Of a DNA stretch of 64,000 nt, positions 16,212-27,713 are shown piece by piece (position 1 is the first letter of the stretch; each line of letters begins with the position of its first letter). Source of the stretch: an uncultured Chloroflexia bacterium. Its GTDB lineage: Bacteria; Chloroflexota; Limnocylindria; Limnocylindrales; CSP1-4. The stretch lies in NCBI GenBank assembly GCA_963828165.1, contig CAWHDR010000001.1, positions 960,001-1,024,000 of the forward strand, given 5' to 3'. The position numbers were made by a program, and so were the translations under genes. The notes beneath the pieces are model-generated. The model was not told the DNA's origin, ran no database searches, and worked only from the letters and a program-made list of their open reading frames with translations.

Positions 16212-17861
16212 ATGACCCAGGCACGTTCGCGCGACGACGTCATCAAGCAGGACGTCGCCGACCTGCATTCGCTCGGCTACGCGCAGGAGCTGTTCCGCTC
16301 GATGGGCGGTTTCAGCAACTTCGCGATCAGCTTCTCGATCATCAGCATCCTGACCGGCGCGGTCATCCTCTACGACTACGGCCTCGCCTGGGCGGGCAAG
16401 GCCGCGGTGACGCTCGGCTGGCCGCTGATCACGATCTTCGTGCTTGCCATCGCCGCGGCGATGGCCGAGATCGCCTCTGCCTACCCCACGGCCGGCGGCC
16501 TGTACTACTGGGCCAGCCGGATGAAGAACAAGAACTGGGGCTGGTGGACCGCGTGGCTGAACCTGATCGGCCAGTTCGCCATCGTCGCGGGCATCAACTA
16601 CGCGGCTGCGGGCTTCATCAACGCGACGATCATCGAGCGCCTGACCGCTCCAACGTTCGCGAACACGACGGAGATCATCCCGGGGATCCTCAATGGCCAA
16701 CTCGTGACCATGGGCATCCTCATGCTCATCCAGCTGGTGATGAACATCCGGGGGATCAACCTCGTCGCGATGCTCAACCAGGTCAGCGTCTGGTGGCACA
16801 TCGTCATCGTCGCGGCCGTCGTCCTGCTCATCTTCGTGACCGGCAAACCGGACGAGTCCGGTCTGCCGCTGTTCGGGATCCAGCCGTTGGATACGGCCGG
16901 AAGCTGGGACAACAATCTGGGTGTGGTCCATCTGACCTACGGCCCGGCCATCTCGTACCCGATCGTGCTGGCCTTCTTCTTCTCGCTCCTCCAGGCGAAC
17001 TGGACCTACACGGGCTACGACGCCTCGGCGCACGTCGCCGAGGAGACCGTCGGTGCCCGGGTCGCCAGCGCGTGGGGACTCTTCCTGTCAGTGGCGGTCA
17101 GTGCGGTCGTCGGATTCATCTTCCTGCTCGCGCTGTCCACGCACCTGCCGGACCTGTCGGCGCTCTTCCCGGCATCGCTGGACGACGCCGCGACCTACAG
17201 CCAGTACTACTTCGGTGGCGGCGTGGCGGTCATCGAGATCCTGCGCTACAACCTCGGCCAGCTCGGCGACGTCCTTTCGGCAGGCATCGCCATCGCCATG
17301 GCGTTCTGCGGGCTTTCGTCGGTCGCGTCGGCGGGCCGCATGCTGTACGCGTTCAGCCGCGACGACGGGCTGCCCGGCTCGGGCTGGCTCAAGAAGGTGT
17401 CCCACACCTATCGAACCCCGGCGAATTCGCTGATCGCGATCGTCGTGATCTCGTGGCTGTTCACGGTCGCCGCGTTCATCGTCGGGACCGGGACTGCCAT
17501 CGTGATCGTCACGGCGATCAGCACGATCTTCCTGTACGCGGCGTATGGGATCTGCATCTACCTGGGCGCGACGACCGAAGAATGGATGAAGGAGCGCGTC
17601 TGGAGCCTCGGTCGGTGGTCGAAGCCGATCGCCTGGATCGCCATCGCCTGGGTGATCGTGCTCATGGTCCTCTTCAGCTTCCCGACATCGGGCAACATCA
17701 GCTGGCCGTTCATGGTGGTGACGGTCCTGTTCCTGCTCGTCTATTACTTCGCGTCGGCACGTCGCACGTTCAAGGGCCCGAAGTCCATGGGCGACGCCGC
17801 CGAATTGACGGAGATCGAGCGGGAGTTCTCGCACGAAGCCGAGAAGCTCAGCACCACTTGA
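16212..17861 (+). CDS. APC family amino acid/amine permease
   Basis: 'GYAQELFR..FSNFAISFSIIS', 'AYPTAGGLYYW', 'GYDASAHVAEET', multiple TM segments. Confidence 0.92.
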   Translation: MTQARSRDDVIKQDVADLHSLGYAQELFRSMGGFSNFAISFSIISILTGAVILYDYGLAWAGKAAVTLGWPLITIFVLAIAAAMAEIASAYPTAGGLYYWASRMKNKNWGWWTAWLNLIGQFAIVAGINYAAAGFINATIIERLTAPTFANTTEIIPGILNGQLVTMGILMLIQLVMNIRGINLVAMLNQVSVWWHIVIVAAVVLLIFVTGKPDESGLPLFGIQPLDTAGSWDNNLGVVHLTYGPAISYPIVLAFFFSLLQANWTYTGYDASAHVAEETVGARVASAWGLFLSVAVSAVVGFIFLLALSTHLPDLSALFPASLDDAATYSQYYFGGGVAVIEILRYNLGQLGDVLSAGIAIAMAFCGLSSVASAGRMLYAFSRDDGLPGSGWLKKVSHTYRTPANSLIAIVVISWLFTVAAFIVGTGTAIVIVTAISTIFLYAAYGICIYLGATTEEWMKERVWSLGRWSKPIAWIAIAWVIVLMVLFSFPTSGNISWPFMVVTVLFLLVYYFASARRTFKGPKSMGDAAELTEIEREFSHEAEKLSTT

Positions 17862-17888
17862 CCTCTCGCCGATCGATCATGCGCAAAT

Positions 17889-17915
17889 GACCCGGCCGGT
17901 CTCGCCGGCCGGGTC
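17889..17915. other. Intergenic hairpin
   Basis: GACCCGGCCGG-TCTCG-CCGGCCGGGTC, 11-bp perfect stem with no U-tract. Confidence 0.6.
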
Positions 17916-17942
17916 GACCTACCTACCCCAGCGGAGTCCCCC

Positions 17943-19343
17943 ATGACCGACCACGGCCACGCGACCAAGCATCCACGCCTGGCGGAGCTCGAGGGCATGG
18001 TCCGCGACGGGCGGATCGACACGATCGTCGTGGCCTTCACCGACATGCAGGGCCGGCTCATGGGCAAACGCGTCCAGGGCCAGGCCTTCCTCGACGGGGT
18101 CATCTCCCACGGCGCTCACTTCTGCACGTACCTGCTCGGTACGGACATGGAGATGAACACGCCTGACGGCTTCAAGCTCATGAACTGGGAGACCGGCTAC
18201 GGGGACTGGATCGCCGAGCCCATCTGGGACCAGCTCCGGATCCTCCCCTGGCTGCCCGGGACGGCCATGGTCCTCGCCGACACGATCGACGAGGAGACCG
18301 GGGACGAGATTCCCGTCTCACCGCGCACGATCCTCAAGCGCCAGGTGACGCGCGCCGCCGATGCCGGCTACGCGATCAAGGCTGGCTCGGAGTTCGAGTT
18401 CTACGTCCTCAAGGATTCCTGGGAGGATCTCGCCGAACGCGGTTGGCCGGTCCCCAGGCCGTTCGGCCACTACAACGAGGACTACCACCTGCTCCAGGCG
18501 ACCAAGGCGGAGCCCCTCCATCGGCTGCTGCGCAATCAGATGACCGAGGCGAATGTCCCGATCGAGTTCAGCAAGGGCGAGGCGGCCAACGGCCAGCACG
18601 AGGTCAACATCCGCTACGACCACGTCCTCGAGTCGGCCGATCGGAGCGTGGTCTTCAAGCACGGGGCCAAGGAGATCGCCTACCTGAACGGCTGGGGAAT
18701 CACGTTCATGGCGAAACCCGACCATCGCTGGACGGGTTCGTCCGGGCACCTGCACATGAGCGTCTGGGATGTCGTCAAGGACGTGCCGCTGATGCACGCG
18801 ACCGGCCGCGAGAAGGCGGGACCTTACGGCCTATCGAAGGTGGGCCAGCAGTTCATGGCCGGGATGATGACGCTGTCCCGCGAACTCGCCGTGTTCGTCG
18901 CGCCGTTCATCAACTCCTACAAGCGCTACGCGTCGCTGTCATGGGCGCCAGTGAACGTGGTGTGGGGCCGTGACAACCGGACGACGGGCTTCCGGCTCGT
19001 CGGCCGCGGCCCGGCGCTGCATGTCGAGAATCGCTTCCCGGGTGGCGACATGAACGCCTACCTCACCTACGCCGCGATGATCGGCGCCGGTCTGTACGGC
19101 ATCGAGCACGGCCTGAAGCTCGAGCCCGAATTCAAGGGCAACGGCTACCTCGCAACGGGCCATCCCCGGATGCCGCGCGCCCTGTACGAGGCGATCGGGG
19201 AGCTGGAACGCTCCGAGGCCGCCCGCGCGATCTTCGGCGAGGACGTCGTGGACCACTATCTCAACGCCGCCCGCGTGGAACAGGAGACGTACGACGCGAT
19301 GGTCCACCCGTGGGACCGTGAGCGCTACCTCGAGCGCGGCTGA
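17943..19343 (+). CDS. Glutamine synthetase-family protein (gamma-glutamyl-amine ligase-like)
   Basis: 'DMQGRLMGKR', 'EFEFY', 'GQHEVN', 'TFMAKP..GSSGHLHMS', 'WGRDNRT', 'ENRFPGGD'. Confidence 0.9.
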   Translation: MTDHGHATKHPRLAELEGMVRDGRIDTIVVAFTDMQGRLMGKRVQGQAFLDGVISHGAHFCTYLLGTDMEMNTPDGFKLMNWETGYGDWIAEPIWDQLRILPWLPGTAMVLADTIDEETGDEIPVSPRTILKRQVTRAADAGYAIKAGSEFEFYVLKDSWEDLAERGWPVPRPFGHYNEDYHLLQATKAEPLHRLLRNQMTEANVPIEFSKGEAANGQHEVNIRYDHVLESADRSVVFKHGAKEIAYLNGWGITFMAKPDHRWTGSSGHLHMSVWDVVKDVPLMHATGREKAGPYGLSKVGQQFMAGMMTLSRELAVFVAPFINSYKRYASLSWAPVNVVWGRDNRTTGFRLVGRGPALHVENRFPGGDMNAYLTYAAMIGAGLYGIEHGLKLEPEFKGNGYLATGHPRMPRALYEAIGELERSEAARAIFGEDVVDHYLNAARVEQETYDAMVHPWDRERYLERG

Positions 19344-19416
19344 GGGTCGGCGGACCGCGCTGCTATCCTCCCCCCGTCCCCGCACGTCGCGAGTGTGATC
19401 GGCGTGTGGCCCCGAG

Positions 19417-22400
19417 GTGACATTGGCCCGACGCGCGCGCCCTGAGACCACGTCCGCCGCACCCGAGGGCTCGGACGAGGCCGTCCTGAGGAAACGCGTC
19501 GCTGAGCTCGAGACGCGCGACGCGGAGCGAGCCGACGCGGAGCGCCTCCAGGACGCTCTCTACCGGATCGCCGAAGCCGCCAGCGCGGCACCCGACCTGG
19601 ACGACTTCTACCGGGTGATGCACGGCATCGTCGGGGAGCTCATGGATGCGCGGAATTTCTATATCGCCCTCTATGACGCCGACCGCAGTACGATCAACTT
19701 CCCGTACTACGTCGATACTGTCGATCAGGACCTCCCCAATCCCGATGCCTGGGAACCGTTCGGTGCAGGCAACGCCCGTGGGCTGACCGCTTACGTCCTG
19801 CGAACCGGTGAGCCGGCCCTCGTGACGCGCGAGCGCTGGGAGCGATTGGTCGAGGAAGGGCAGATCGACATGATCGGCGAGGCCGGCGAGGACTGGCTCG
19901 GCGTTCCGCTGCATTGGGACGGCAACGTCATCGGGATCGTCGTCGTGCAGACGTACGACGAGGGTCTCCACTACCGCGAGCAGGATGCCGACCTGCTGAC
20001 GTACGTAGGTCGGCACATCGCGGCTGCCTTGGCTCGAGCGCGGGCGATCGAGGAAACACGCCAGCGCAACGCCGAACTGACCCTCGTGAACGAGATCGGG
20101 CAGGCGCTCGCCGCGCAGCTCGAGTTCGACGCGATCATCGACATCGTCGGCGAGCGCATCCGATCGATCTTCGACGTCCACGCGATGTTCATCGCGTTGT
20201 ACGACACGGCGACCGACACGATCGCCTTCCCATACGACATCGATGCTGGAGAGCGCTTCGTGCGCACCAGCTTCCCGCTAGGGCCGGGCATGACCTCGAC
20301 GGTGATCCGGACGAAGCGGCCGCTACGCGTCGGCTCCTTGCAGCAACAGATCGCCCTGGGCGCGATCGAGGTCGGGGGTACGCCAACGCAATCCTGGCTC
20401 GGCGTGCCGATCCTGTCCGGCGAGCGCGTCATCGGCGTCGTCGGGCTGGAGGCCGTGCGCGCCTTTGCCTTCAGCGAGTCGGACGAGCGGCTGCTCACGA
20501 CCCTCGCGTCGAGCATGGGCGTCGCGCTCGACAACGCCCGGCTGCTCGGCGAGACGAAGCGACTGCTCGCCGAGACGGATGAGCGCGCCGCCGAGTTGGC
20601 GATCATCAACGGCGTCCAGCAGGGACTCGCGGCCGAGCTCGATCTCCAGGCGATGTACGAGCTCGTGGGCGACAAGATCCAGGAGATCTTCGACGCGCAG
20701 GTCGTCGACATCGGCATCTACGATCTCGACGCCGGCGTCATCCACTACCCGTACGCGATCGAGCGCGGCGTCCGCTACCCGGACGAACCCGTGCCGATCA
20801 CCGAGGTGAGCCGCGCCCAGATCGCGGCGGGTAAGCCGGTGCTCATCAACGACGTCCCGGCCTGGCAGCTCGAGCAAGGACATGAGATGGCGGTCGTCCA
20901 GGGTGAGCCGTCCCTTTCGATGCTCACCGCGCCACTCACCGCCGGTGGCGCCGTGCGCGGACGGATCGGCCTCCAGAACCTCGACCACACGGATGCGTTC
21001 TCCGATGCGGATGTGCGACTCCTGACCACCATCGCGGCGAGCCTCAGCGTCGCGCTCGAGAATGCGCGGCTGTTCGGGGAGACGCGGCGGCAGGCGGCCG
21101 AGCTCGCGATCGTCAACCGCGTCGGCCAGGCGTTGAGTGCGCAGCTCGACCTCGACGCCCTGATCGACCTCGTGGGCGAGCAGATGCGCGAGACGTTCGC
21201 GGCGGACATCGTCTACGTCGCGCTGCTGGATGTGGACGCCGGAGAGATCCAGTTCCCGTATTACTCCGAGGACGGCACCTCCCAGCTTCAGCCGGCGCTC
21301 CCCTACGGCACGGGCTTGACCTCACGGATCGTGCGCGACCGAGCGCCGCTCCTCCTGCGCCACCCAGCGGAGTGGGAGGCTCTGGGCGACCGCGGGATCG
21401 GGACCCAGGCGATGACCTACCTTGGCGTCCCGATCCTCCAGGGCGAGGCGGCGATCGGCGTCATCAGTGTCCAGAGCACCACGCAGGAGGGCCGCTTCGG
21501 CGATGAGGACGTCCGCCTGCTCTCGACGCTCGCGGCGAGTGTCGGGTCCGCGATCTCGAACGCTCGGCTGTACGAGGAGACGCGCCGGCGCGCGCGCGAG
21601 ATGGCGGCGCTCGCCGAGGTCGGTCGCGAGATCTCCGCGAACCTGGACCTGACAGCGGTCCTGCAGCAGATCGTGGAACTTGCGCAGTCGTTGCTCGGCG
21701 TCGATTCGACGGCCCTGTTCCTGGCCCAACCGGATGGCAAGACCCTCAAGGCGATCGTCGCGATCGGCGCCCTCGCCGAACCCGTCCTCAACGATTCGAT
21801 CGAGGTCGGCGAGGGGATCATCGGCGACATCGTGCTCCGCCGCACTGCCGAGGTCATCAACGACGTCAATGCCGACGGCCGCAGCGTCGAGATCCCGGGC
21901 ACCGACCCCGACATCGAGGAGCGGCTGATGGTCGCTTCGCTGGTGGCCCGTGACCAGGTCGTGGGCGGGTTCGCCGCCTGGCGGAGCATGCCGAGCCGGC
22001 AGTTCACGGACAGCGACCTCGACCTGCTCGTCGGCATGTCACAGCAGGCCGCGATCGCCATCGACAATGCTCGCCTGTTCCGCGAGGGCGAGGCAGCCCG
22101 CGAGGCGGCCGAGGACGCGGACCGCGCAAAGAGCACGTTCCTCGCGGCCATGAGCCATGAGATCCGCACGCCGATGAACGCGGTCATCGGCATGAGCGGC
22201 CTGCTGCTCGACACCACGCTCGATGACGAGCAACGCGACTACGCCGAGACGATCCGCACCTCGGGCGACGCGCTGCTGACGATCATCAACGACATTCTCG
22301 ATTTCTCGAAGATCGAGGCCGGCAGGGTCGAGCTCGACCACCGTCCCTTCGCCCTCGCTCCGTGCATCGAGGGAGCGATCGATGTCCTCGCGCCGACCGC

Positions 22401-23694
22401 AGCGGCGAAGCAACTCGAGCTCGTCTACACCATCGCCGAGGACCTGCCGCGCGCGATCCTGGGCGATGAAGGACGGCTCCGCCAGATCGTGCTCAACCTG
22501 CTGTCGAACGCAGTGAAGTTCACGGAGGCGGGTGAGGTCGAGCTCGCGGTCACCGGCCAGCCGCTCGATCCCGCAGCGCCGGATGCACGCTGGCGGTTCA
22601 CGGTGGAGGTCCGCGACACGGGCATCGGGATCCCGGCGGACCGGGTCGGACAGCTCTTCCAGTCGTTCAGCCAGGCCGATGCCTCGATCAGCCGTCGCTA
22701 CGGTGGGACGGGACTCGGTCTGGCCATCAGCCGCCGACTCGCGGAACTGATGGACGGCTCGATCACGGCGCAGAGCGCCGGCGTGGCCGGGCGGGGCAGT
22801 ACCTTCCGGCTGACGTTCGGCGCCGACGTGGATGAGTCGACCCCGGCGCCAGGACCGGCGATCGACTACGACCTCGACGGGCGTCACGTGCTCGTCGTCG
22901 ACGACAACGCGGCCAATCGCCGGATCTTGGTGACCCTGCTGGGGCGCTGGGGGATGACCTCCGAAGCCACCGCGTCCCCACGCGAGGCGCTCGGGTGGGT
23001 AACGGCCGGCCGGCGGTTCGACCTCGCCCTGCTCGACCTCCATATGCCCGAGCTCGATGGCCTGAGCCTGGCCACCGCCATCCGGTCCTCGGGTGGGGGC
23101 GCGGAGACACCGATCCTGATCCTTTCCTCGCTGGGCGTGCACGACCGCACCAACGACGCCGTCGCCGCGTACCTGGTCAAGCCGGTGAAGCCGTCTGCGC
23201 TCCACGATTCGCTCGCCACCGTGCTGGCTGGTCAGGCGAGCGCCGTGCCGGTCCGCGTTGCAACGACCGGGATCGATCACGACCTGGGGGCGCGCCATCC
23301 CCTGCGCATCCTGCTGGCCGAGGACAATCCGGTGAACCGCAAGATCGCGCTGCGCCTGCTCGATCGGATGGGCTACGCCGCCGACGTCGCCGGCAACGGG
23401 CTCGAGGCGATCGCCGCCGTGGAGGGCGCCCGCTATGACGTCGTCCTCATGGACATCCAGATGCCGGAGCTCGACGGCCTCGAGGCGACCCGGCGGATCC
23501 GACAGCGGTGGCCCGACGGCAGCGGCCCCCGGATCGTGGCGATGACCGCGAACGCCATGGAAGGGGACCGCGAGGCGTGCATCGCGGCGGGCATGGATGA
23601 CTACATCTCCAAGCCGATCAGGCCGGAGGCACTCGCGGCAGCCCTCACGGCGGCAGCACTGAGCGCCACGGCGCAGGCCGGGGGCGCCCCGTGA
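19417..23694 (+). CDS. Hybrid sensor histidine kinase (about 5 GAF, HisKA, HATPase, 2 REC)
   Basis: Repeated GAF units ('WLGVP..IGVI'), H-box '[10 protein letters not shown]', '[10 protein letters not shown]', 'GGTGLGL', two receiver domains. Confidence 0.93.
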   Translation: MTLARRARPETTSAAPEGSDEAVLRKRVAELETRDAERADAERLQDALYRIAEAASAAPDLDDFYRVMHGIVGELMDARNFYIALYDADRSTINFPYYVDTVDQDLPNPDAWEPFGAGNARGLTAYVLRTGEPALVTRERWERLVEEGQIDMIGEAGEDWLGVPLHWDGNVIGIVVVQTYDEGLHYREQDADLLTYVGRHIAAALARARAIEETRQRNAELTLVNEIGQALAAQLEFDAIIDIVGERIRSIFDVHAMFIALYDTATDTIAFPYDIDAGERFVRTSFPLGPGMTSTVIRTKRPLRVGSLQQQIALGAIEVGGTPTQSWLGVPILSGERVIGVVGLEAVRAFAFSESDERLLTTLASSMGVALDNARLLGETKRLLAETDERAAELAIINGVQQGLAAELDLQAMYELVGDKIQEIFDAQVVDIGIYDLDAGVIHYPYAIERGVRYPDEPVPITEVSRAQIAAGKPVLINDVPAWQLEQGHEMAVVQGEPSLSMLTAPLTAGGAVRGRIGLQNLDHTDAFSDADVRLLTTIAASLSVALENARLFGETRRQAAELAIVNRVGQALSAQLDLDALIDLVGEQMRETFAADIVYVALLDVDAGEIQFPYYSEDGTSQLQPALPYGTGLTSRIVRDRAPLLLRHPAEWEALGDRGIGTQAMTYLGVPILQGEAAIGVISVQSTTQEGRFGDEDVRLLSTLAASVGSAISNARLYEETRRRAREMAALAEVGREISANLDLTAVLQQIVELAQSLLGVDSTALFLAQPDGKTLKAIVAIGALAEPVLNDSIEVGEGIIGDIVLRRTAEVINDVNADGRSVEIPGTDPDIEERLMVASLVARDQVVGGFAAWRSMPSRQFTDSDLDLLVGMSQQAAIAIDNARLFREGEAAREAAEDADRAKSTFLAAMSHEIRTPMNAVIGMSGLLLDTTLDDEQRDYAETIRTSGDALLTIINDILDFSKIEAGRVELDHRPFALAPCIEGAIDVLAPTAAAKQLELVYTIAEDLPRAILGDEGRLRQIVLNLLSNAVKFTEAGEVELAVTGQPLDPAAPDARWRFTVEVRDTGIGIPADRVGQLFQSFSQADASISRRYGGTGLGLAISRRLAELMDGSITAQSAGVAGRGSTFRLTFGADVDESTPAPGPAIDYDLDGRHVLVVDDNAANRRILVTLLGRWGMTSEATASPREALGWVTAGRRFDLALLDLHMPELDGLSLATAIRSSGGGAETPILILSSLGVHDRTNDAVAAYLVKPVKPSALHDSLATVLAGQASAVPVRVATTGIDHDLGARHPLRILLAEDNPVNRKIALRLLDRMGYAADVAGNGLEAIAAVEGARYDVVLMDIQMPELDGLEATRRIRQRWPDGSGPRIVAMTANAMEGDREACIAAGMDDYISKPIRPEALAAALTAAALSATAQAGGAP

Positions 23695-24797
23695 ACGGCG
23701 GCCGCGTCCTGGTCGTCGACGACACGCCATTCAACCGGCGACTATTGGTCCGACTCCTCGCAGACATCGGGCATTCGACGGTCGAGGCAGCGGACGGTCG
23801 CGCGGCACTCGCCGTGCTGCGCGACGACCGAGCAGAGCCGGTGGATGTGGTCCTGCTGGACATCGTCATGCCGGTGATGGACGGCTACGAGACGCTGGCG
23901 AATCTCAAGGCCGACGACGCGCTCCGGGACCTTCCGGTCATCGTGATCTCGGGGGTCGATGAGCTCGACAGCGTCGTGCGCTGCATCCAGATGGGGGCTG
24001 CCGACTATCTGCCCAAGACCGTCGCACCCGAGATCCTCCGGGCGAGGATCGAGGCCTCGATGAGCCAGAAGCGATTCCGCGACCTCGAACGCGCCACGGT
24101 CGACGAACAGCGACGCCTCCTGGCAACGATCGATCGCCAACGGTCCGAACTCTCCCGGTTCCTGTCGCCGCAGGTGGCGGCGCTGGTCTCCAGCGAGGAC
24201 GGTGAGGCCATGCTGGCGGGGCATAGGCGCGAGATCACCGCGATGTTCTGCGACCTGCGCAACTTCACGTCCTTTTCCGAGACCGCCGAACCGGAAGAGG
24301 TCCTGGGGTTCCTGCGCGCCTATCACGCGGCGATGGGGCGACTCATCGTCGAGCACGAGGGGACGCTCGAGCACTTCGCCGGCGATGGATTCATGACCTT
24401 CTTCAACGATCCGGTCCTCCAGCCCGACCACGCCGCCCGCGCCGTCGGGCTCGCGGTGGCAATGCGCGAACGATTCGCGGAGATCGCCAGCGACTGGCGG
24501 AAACGCGGTCATGTGCTCGAGATCGGCATCGGGATCGCCACCGGCTACGCGACGCTCGGTCGGATCGGGTTCGAGGGACGCTACGACTACGGGGCCATCG
24601 GCCAGGCCATCATCCTGGCGGCACGCCTCAGCGGCGAGGCTGGCCCGGCGGAGATCCTCATCGCGCCGCGGACGTATGCCGCCGCCGAGGACGCGATCGT
24701 GGCGGCGGCAGCGGGCGAGCGACAGTTGAAGGGCTTCAGCCGGCCGGTCGAGGTGTACGCCGTGTCCGGCATGGCGACCGCCGAGGTGGGCACGTGA
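23691..24797 (+). CDS. Response regulator fused to a class III nucleotide cyclase
   Basis: REC 'VVDD..LLDIVMP..K'; cyclase 'FCDLRNFT', 'FAGDG', 'IGIGIATG', 'LAARL'. Confidence 0.88.
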   Translation: MNGGRVLVVDDTPFNRRLLVRLLADIGHSTVEAADGRAALAVLRDDRAEPVDVVLLDIVMPVMDGYETLANLKADDALRDLPVIVISGVDELDSVVRCIQMGAADYLPKTVAPEILRARIEASMSQKRFRDLERATVDEQRRLLATIDRQRSELSRFLSPQVAALVSSEDGEAMLAGHRREITAMFCDLRNFTSFSETAEPEEVLGFLRAYHAAMGRLIVEHEGTLEHFAGDGFMTFFNDPVLQPDHAARAVGLAVAMRERFAEIASDWRKRGHVLEIGIGIATGYATLGRIGFEGRYDYGAIGQAIILAARLSGEAGPAEILIAPRTYAAAEDAIVAAAAGERQLKGFSRPVEVYAVSGMATAEVGT

Positions 24798-25150
24798 CCC
24801 TTCCGACCTTCGACCAGGCGGCGTTCGACCACCTCCTGGAGATCACTGGCAACGACCTCGAGTTCGTCGATGAGCTCATCGACACGTACCTCGCCGATGC
24901 GTCCCTCCAGCTCGAGGCGATGCAGGCCGCGGCATCGTCAGGAGATGCTGCGGCTCTGGTCCGTCCGGCCCACTCACTCAAGTCGAGCAGCGCCAACGTG
25001 GGGGCGATGGCCCTCGCCGACATCTGCCGGGCCCTCGAGGTGGCCGCCCGGAACGGCGACGTGCCGGATGCACAGGAACGGGTGGCGGACTGCGATCAGG
25101 CCTTTGCCGATGCAAGAGCGGCGCTCCTGGCGGCTCGCGCAGCGCGCTGA
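24794..25150 (+). CDS. Hpt phosphotransfer protein
   Basis: 'AHSLKSSSANVGA' Hpt motif. Confidence 0.9.
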   Translation: MTLPTFDQAAFDHLLEITGNDLEFVDELIDTYLADASLQLEAMQAAASSGDAAALVRPAHSLKSSSANVGAMALADICRALEVAARNGDVPDAQERVADCDQAFADARAALLAARAAR

Positions 25151-25192
25151 CGCGCCGGGCGCGGTTACGACCGGCTGGCGTCGTCGCGGCCT

Positions 25193-25861
25193 TCAGGTCG
25201 CGTCGACGACCTCGCGAAGCCGGCGCGCGAGATCGACATGACCGGCACCCTCCGCGACCTCGACCGGGGTTCGGCCGTCGGCGGTCTTTGCCCCCACGTC
25301 GGCCCCGGCCGACAGGAACAGCTCCACCAGCTCCACGTCGCCGCTCGCCGCGACCTCGTGCAGTGGCGAGTAGCCCCCGTGCTGCGTCGCGTTCACATCC
25401 GCGCCGGCGGCCAGGAGCGCTCGACAGACCTCGATATGTCGTCCGGCCGCGGCAGCGTGCAATGGCTGGTTGGCGAAGTCGTTGGCGCTGTATACGTGTG
25501 GCGAGGCGCCGGCATCAAGCAGGAGTCGTGCCGCCTCGAGCTTGCCGAAGAAGGCGGCCAGGTGAAGGGCGGTGAAGCCGTCCGCCGCGACTGCCCGGGC
25601 GCTCCCGGGATCTTCCTCGAGCCGCCCCCGAAGCCGGTCGATGTGCCCCAGTGCGGCGCTGTCGAACACGTCCATCTCGGGGTCGGCGGCGAGCAGCAGA
25701 TCCAGGGTGGCACGGTCGAAGCGGTAGCGAGCGTGCAGCAGGACCGACACGCCATCGTCGCCGCGACCGCTCGCGAGAGACGGGTCCTCGGCCAACATGG
25801 CCCCCACGCGCGCCGTGTCCCCGGCGTCGACAGCCGCTACGAATCCCTGGGCGCTGGGCAT
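25193..25861 (-). CDS. Ankyrin repeat protein
   Basis: 'GFTALHLAA', 'PLHAAA..GADVN', 'SPLHEVA'; TACCCT-N6-ATG. Confidence 0.9.
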   Translation of the reverse strand: MPSAQGFVAAVDAGDTARVGAMLAEDPSLASGRGDDGVSVLLHARYRFDRATLDLLLAADPEMDVFDSAALGHIDRLRGRLEEDPGSARAVAADGFTALHLAAFFGKLEAARLLLDAGASPHVYSANDFANQPLHAAAAGRHIEVCRALLAAGADVNATQHGGYSPLHEVAASGDVELVELFLSAGADVGAKTADGRTPVEVAEGAGHVDLARRLREVVDAT

Positions 25862-26009
25862 GGCGCGAGGGTACTCCCGACCTCGCCCCGCCGCGGCCCG
25901 AACGCGCGGATCGCGTGACGCCGGCCCGACGCAGCCGGGTACGATGCGGCGCACGGCGCCCGCACGCCGTCAGCGTGGTCACACCCATCCTGAGGATCGA
26001 GTGACATCG

Positions 26010-26777
26010 ATGCGACTCGCCGACAAGGTCACGATCATCACCGGCGCGGGCGGCGGCATGGGCCGCGTCGCGGCGCAGATGTTCGCGAGGGAGGGCGCCA
26101 AGGTCGTCGTGGCCGAGTACGGCGAGGCGGCCGGCCAGGAAACCGTCGACCTCATCCGCGCCGAAGGCCGCGACGCGACCTTCGTCAAGGTCGACGTCTC
26201 GAGGGAGGCCGACGCCAAGGCGATGGTCGACCATGCCGTCGCGACGTATGGCCGGCTCGACTGCCTCTACAACAATGCCGGCGTCATGCCCGAGGCGGAT
26301 CACTCGGTGACGGACACGGAAGTCGACGTCTGGGACCAGGTGATGGCCGTCAACGTGCGCGGCGTGTTCCTCGGCTGCAAGTATGCGATCCCGGCGATGG
26401 AGGCCGCCGGTGGCGGATCCATCATCAACATTGCCAGCTTCGTCGCGCTCGTCGGCTGCTCCGTGCCGCAGGACGCGTACACCGCCTCGAAGGGCGCGGT
26501 CCTGAGCCTGACGCGCAGCCTCGCAGTCCAGTTCGGCCCGAAGGGCATCCGCTCCAACGCGATCTGCCCCGGGCCCGTCGAGACGCCGCTGCTCATGGAC
26601 TGGCTCGTCAAGGACGAGGCCGCCAAGCAGTTGCGCCTGGCGCGAAACCCGACCGGCCGCTTCGGCAAGCCCGAGGAGATCGTCCACATGGCCGTCTACC
26701 TCGCCTCGGACGAGTCCCGCTGGACGAACGGCGCGTCGCTCGTCGTCGACGGTGGCATCACCGTCAACTACTTCTGA
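26010..26777 (+). CDS. SDR oxidoreductase
   Basis: 'TGAGGGMG', 'NNAG', 'YTASK'. Confidence 0.92.
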   Translation: MRLADKVTIITGAGGGMGRVAAQMFAREGAKVVVAEYGEAAGQETVDLIRAEGRDATFVKVDVSREADAKAMVDHAVATYGRLDCLYNNAGVMPEADHSVTDTEVDVWDQVMAVNVRGVFLGCKYAIPAMEAAGGGSIINIASFVALVGCSVPQDAYTASKGAVLSLTRSLAVQFGPKGIRSNAICPGPVETPLLMDWLVKDEAAKQLRLARNPTGRFGKPEEIVHMAVYLASDESRWTNGASLVVDGGITVNYF

Positions 26778-26785
26778 GGTGTGAG

Positions 26786-27653
26786 GTGACGGTCAGCCCG
26801 CTCAAGGGCAGCGCGTCGAAACGATCGAGCGGACCGCTTGCCATCGGGGTCGACGTCGGTGGCAGTGGGATCAAGGCAGCGATCGTGGACACGGCCTCCG
26901 GGCAGTTCGTGTCCGAGCGACTTCGCGTCCCCACGCCGACCCCGTCGACCCCGGAGAAGGTCGGTGCCACGATCGGACGGCTCGTCCGGCGTCTCGTGAA
27001 GTCCAGCGGGATCGACGACGGTGCCCAGGTCGGTGTCGGCCTGCCGGGCGTCGCGGTAGGCGGTCGCCTGCTGACGGCGGCCAACATCGACCCGGCCTGG
27101 GTGGATTACCCCATCGCCGAGAAGCTCGCGAAGACCTTGAAACGGCCGGTCAGCGTCGTCAACGACGCGGACGCCGCGGGCATCGCGGAGATGCGGTTCG
27201 GGATCGGACAGGGCTAAGCCGGGTGTGGTCATCTTCCTGACCCTCGGCACCGGAGTCGGCTCCGGCGTATTCGTCGACGGGACCCTGGTGCCGAACACCG
27301 AGTTCGGTCAGATGGAGATCCGCGGCCGCCCGGCCGAGCGGCGATCCGCGGCCGCTTCCCGACGCCGCCGCGGCCTGTCCTGGAAGGCGTGGGCGATGGA
27401 TCTCGATGAACACCTCCAGCGGATCGAAGACCTGATGTGGCCGACGCTGTTCATCCTCGGGGGCGGCGTCAGCAAGAACGCCGACAAGTTCATCCCCAGG
27501 CTGACGACCCGCACGCCCGTGGTCCCTGCGTCGCTGCGCAACGACGCCGGGATCGTGGGGGCGGCGGTCGTGGCCGCAGAAGGGCTCGCCGATGCGCAGT
27601 CGACGTGGGACGACCTACCCGCGGCCAAGCGCCCCAAGTCGGCCGAGGCCTGA
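26786..27653 (+). pseudogene. ppgK: ROK-family polyphosphate glucokinase, frameshifted (or sequencing error)
   Basis: 'GVDVGGSGIK..NDADAAGIAEMRFG' then 'LTLGTGVGS..PNTEFG..NDAGIVGAA' in the +1 frame; extra T at 27215. Confidence 0.8.
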
Positions 27654-27713
27654 TCCGGGCGTATCATCGGGGTCCTTTCTCGACGGCTCACGCCCGAATC
27701 CGAGGTCCCGACC

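Noticed and set aside
19416-19427. GGTGACATTGGC match to the reverse complement of the site
   Set aside because: Partial, isolated, at the kinase start; the remainder is out of register
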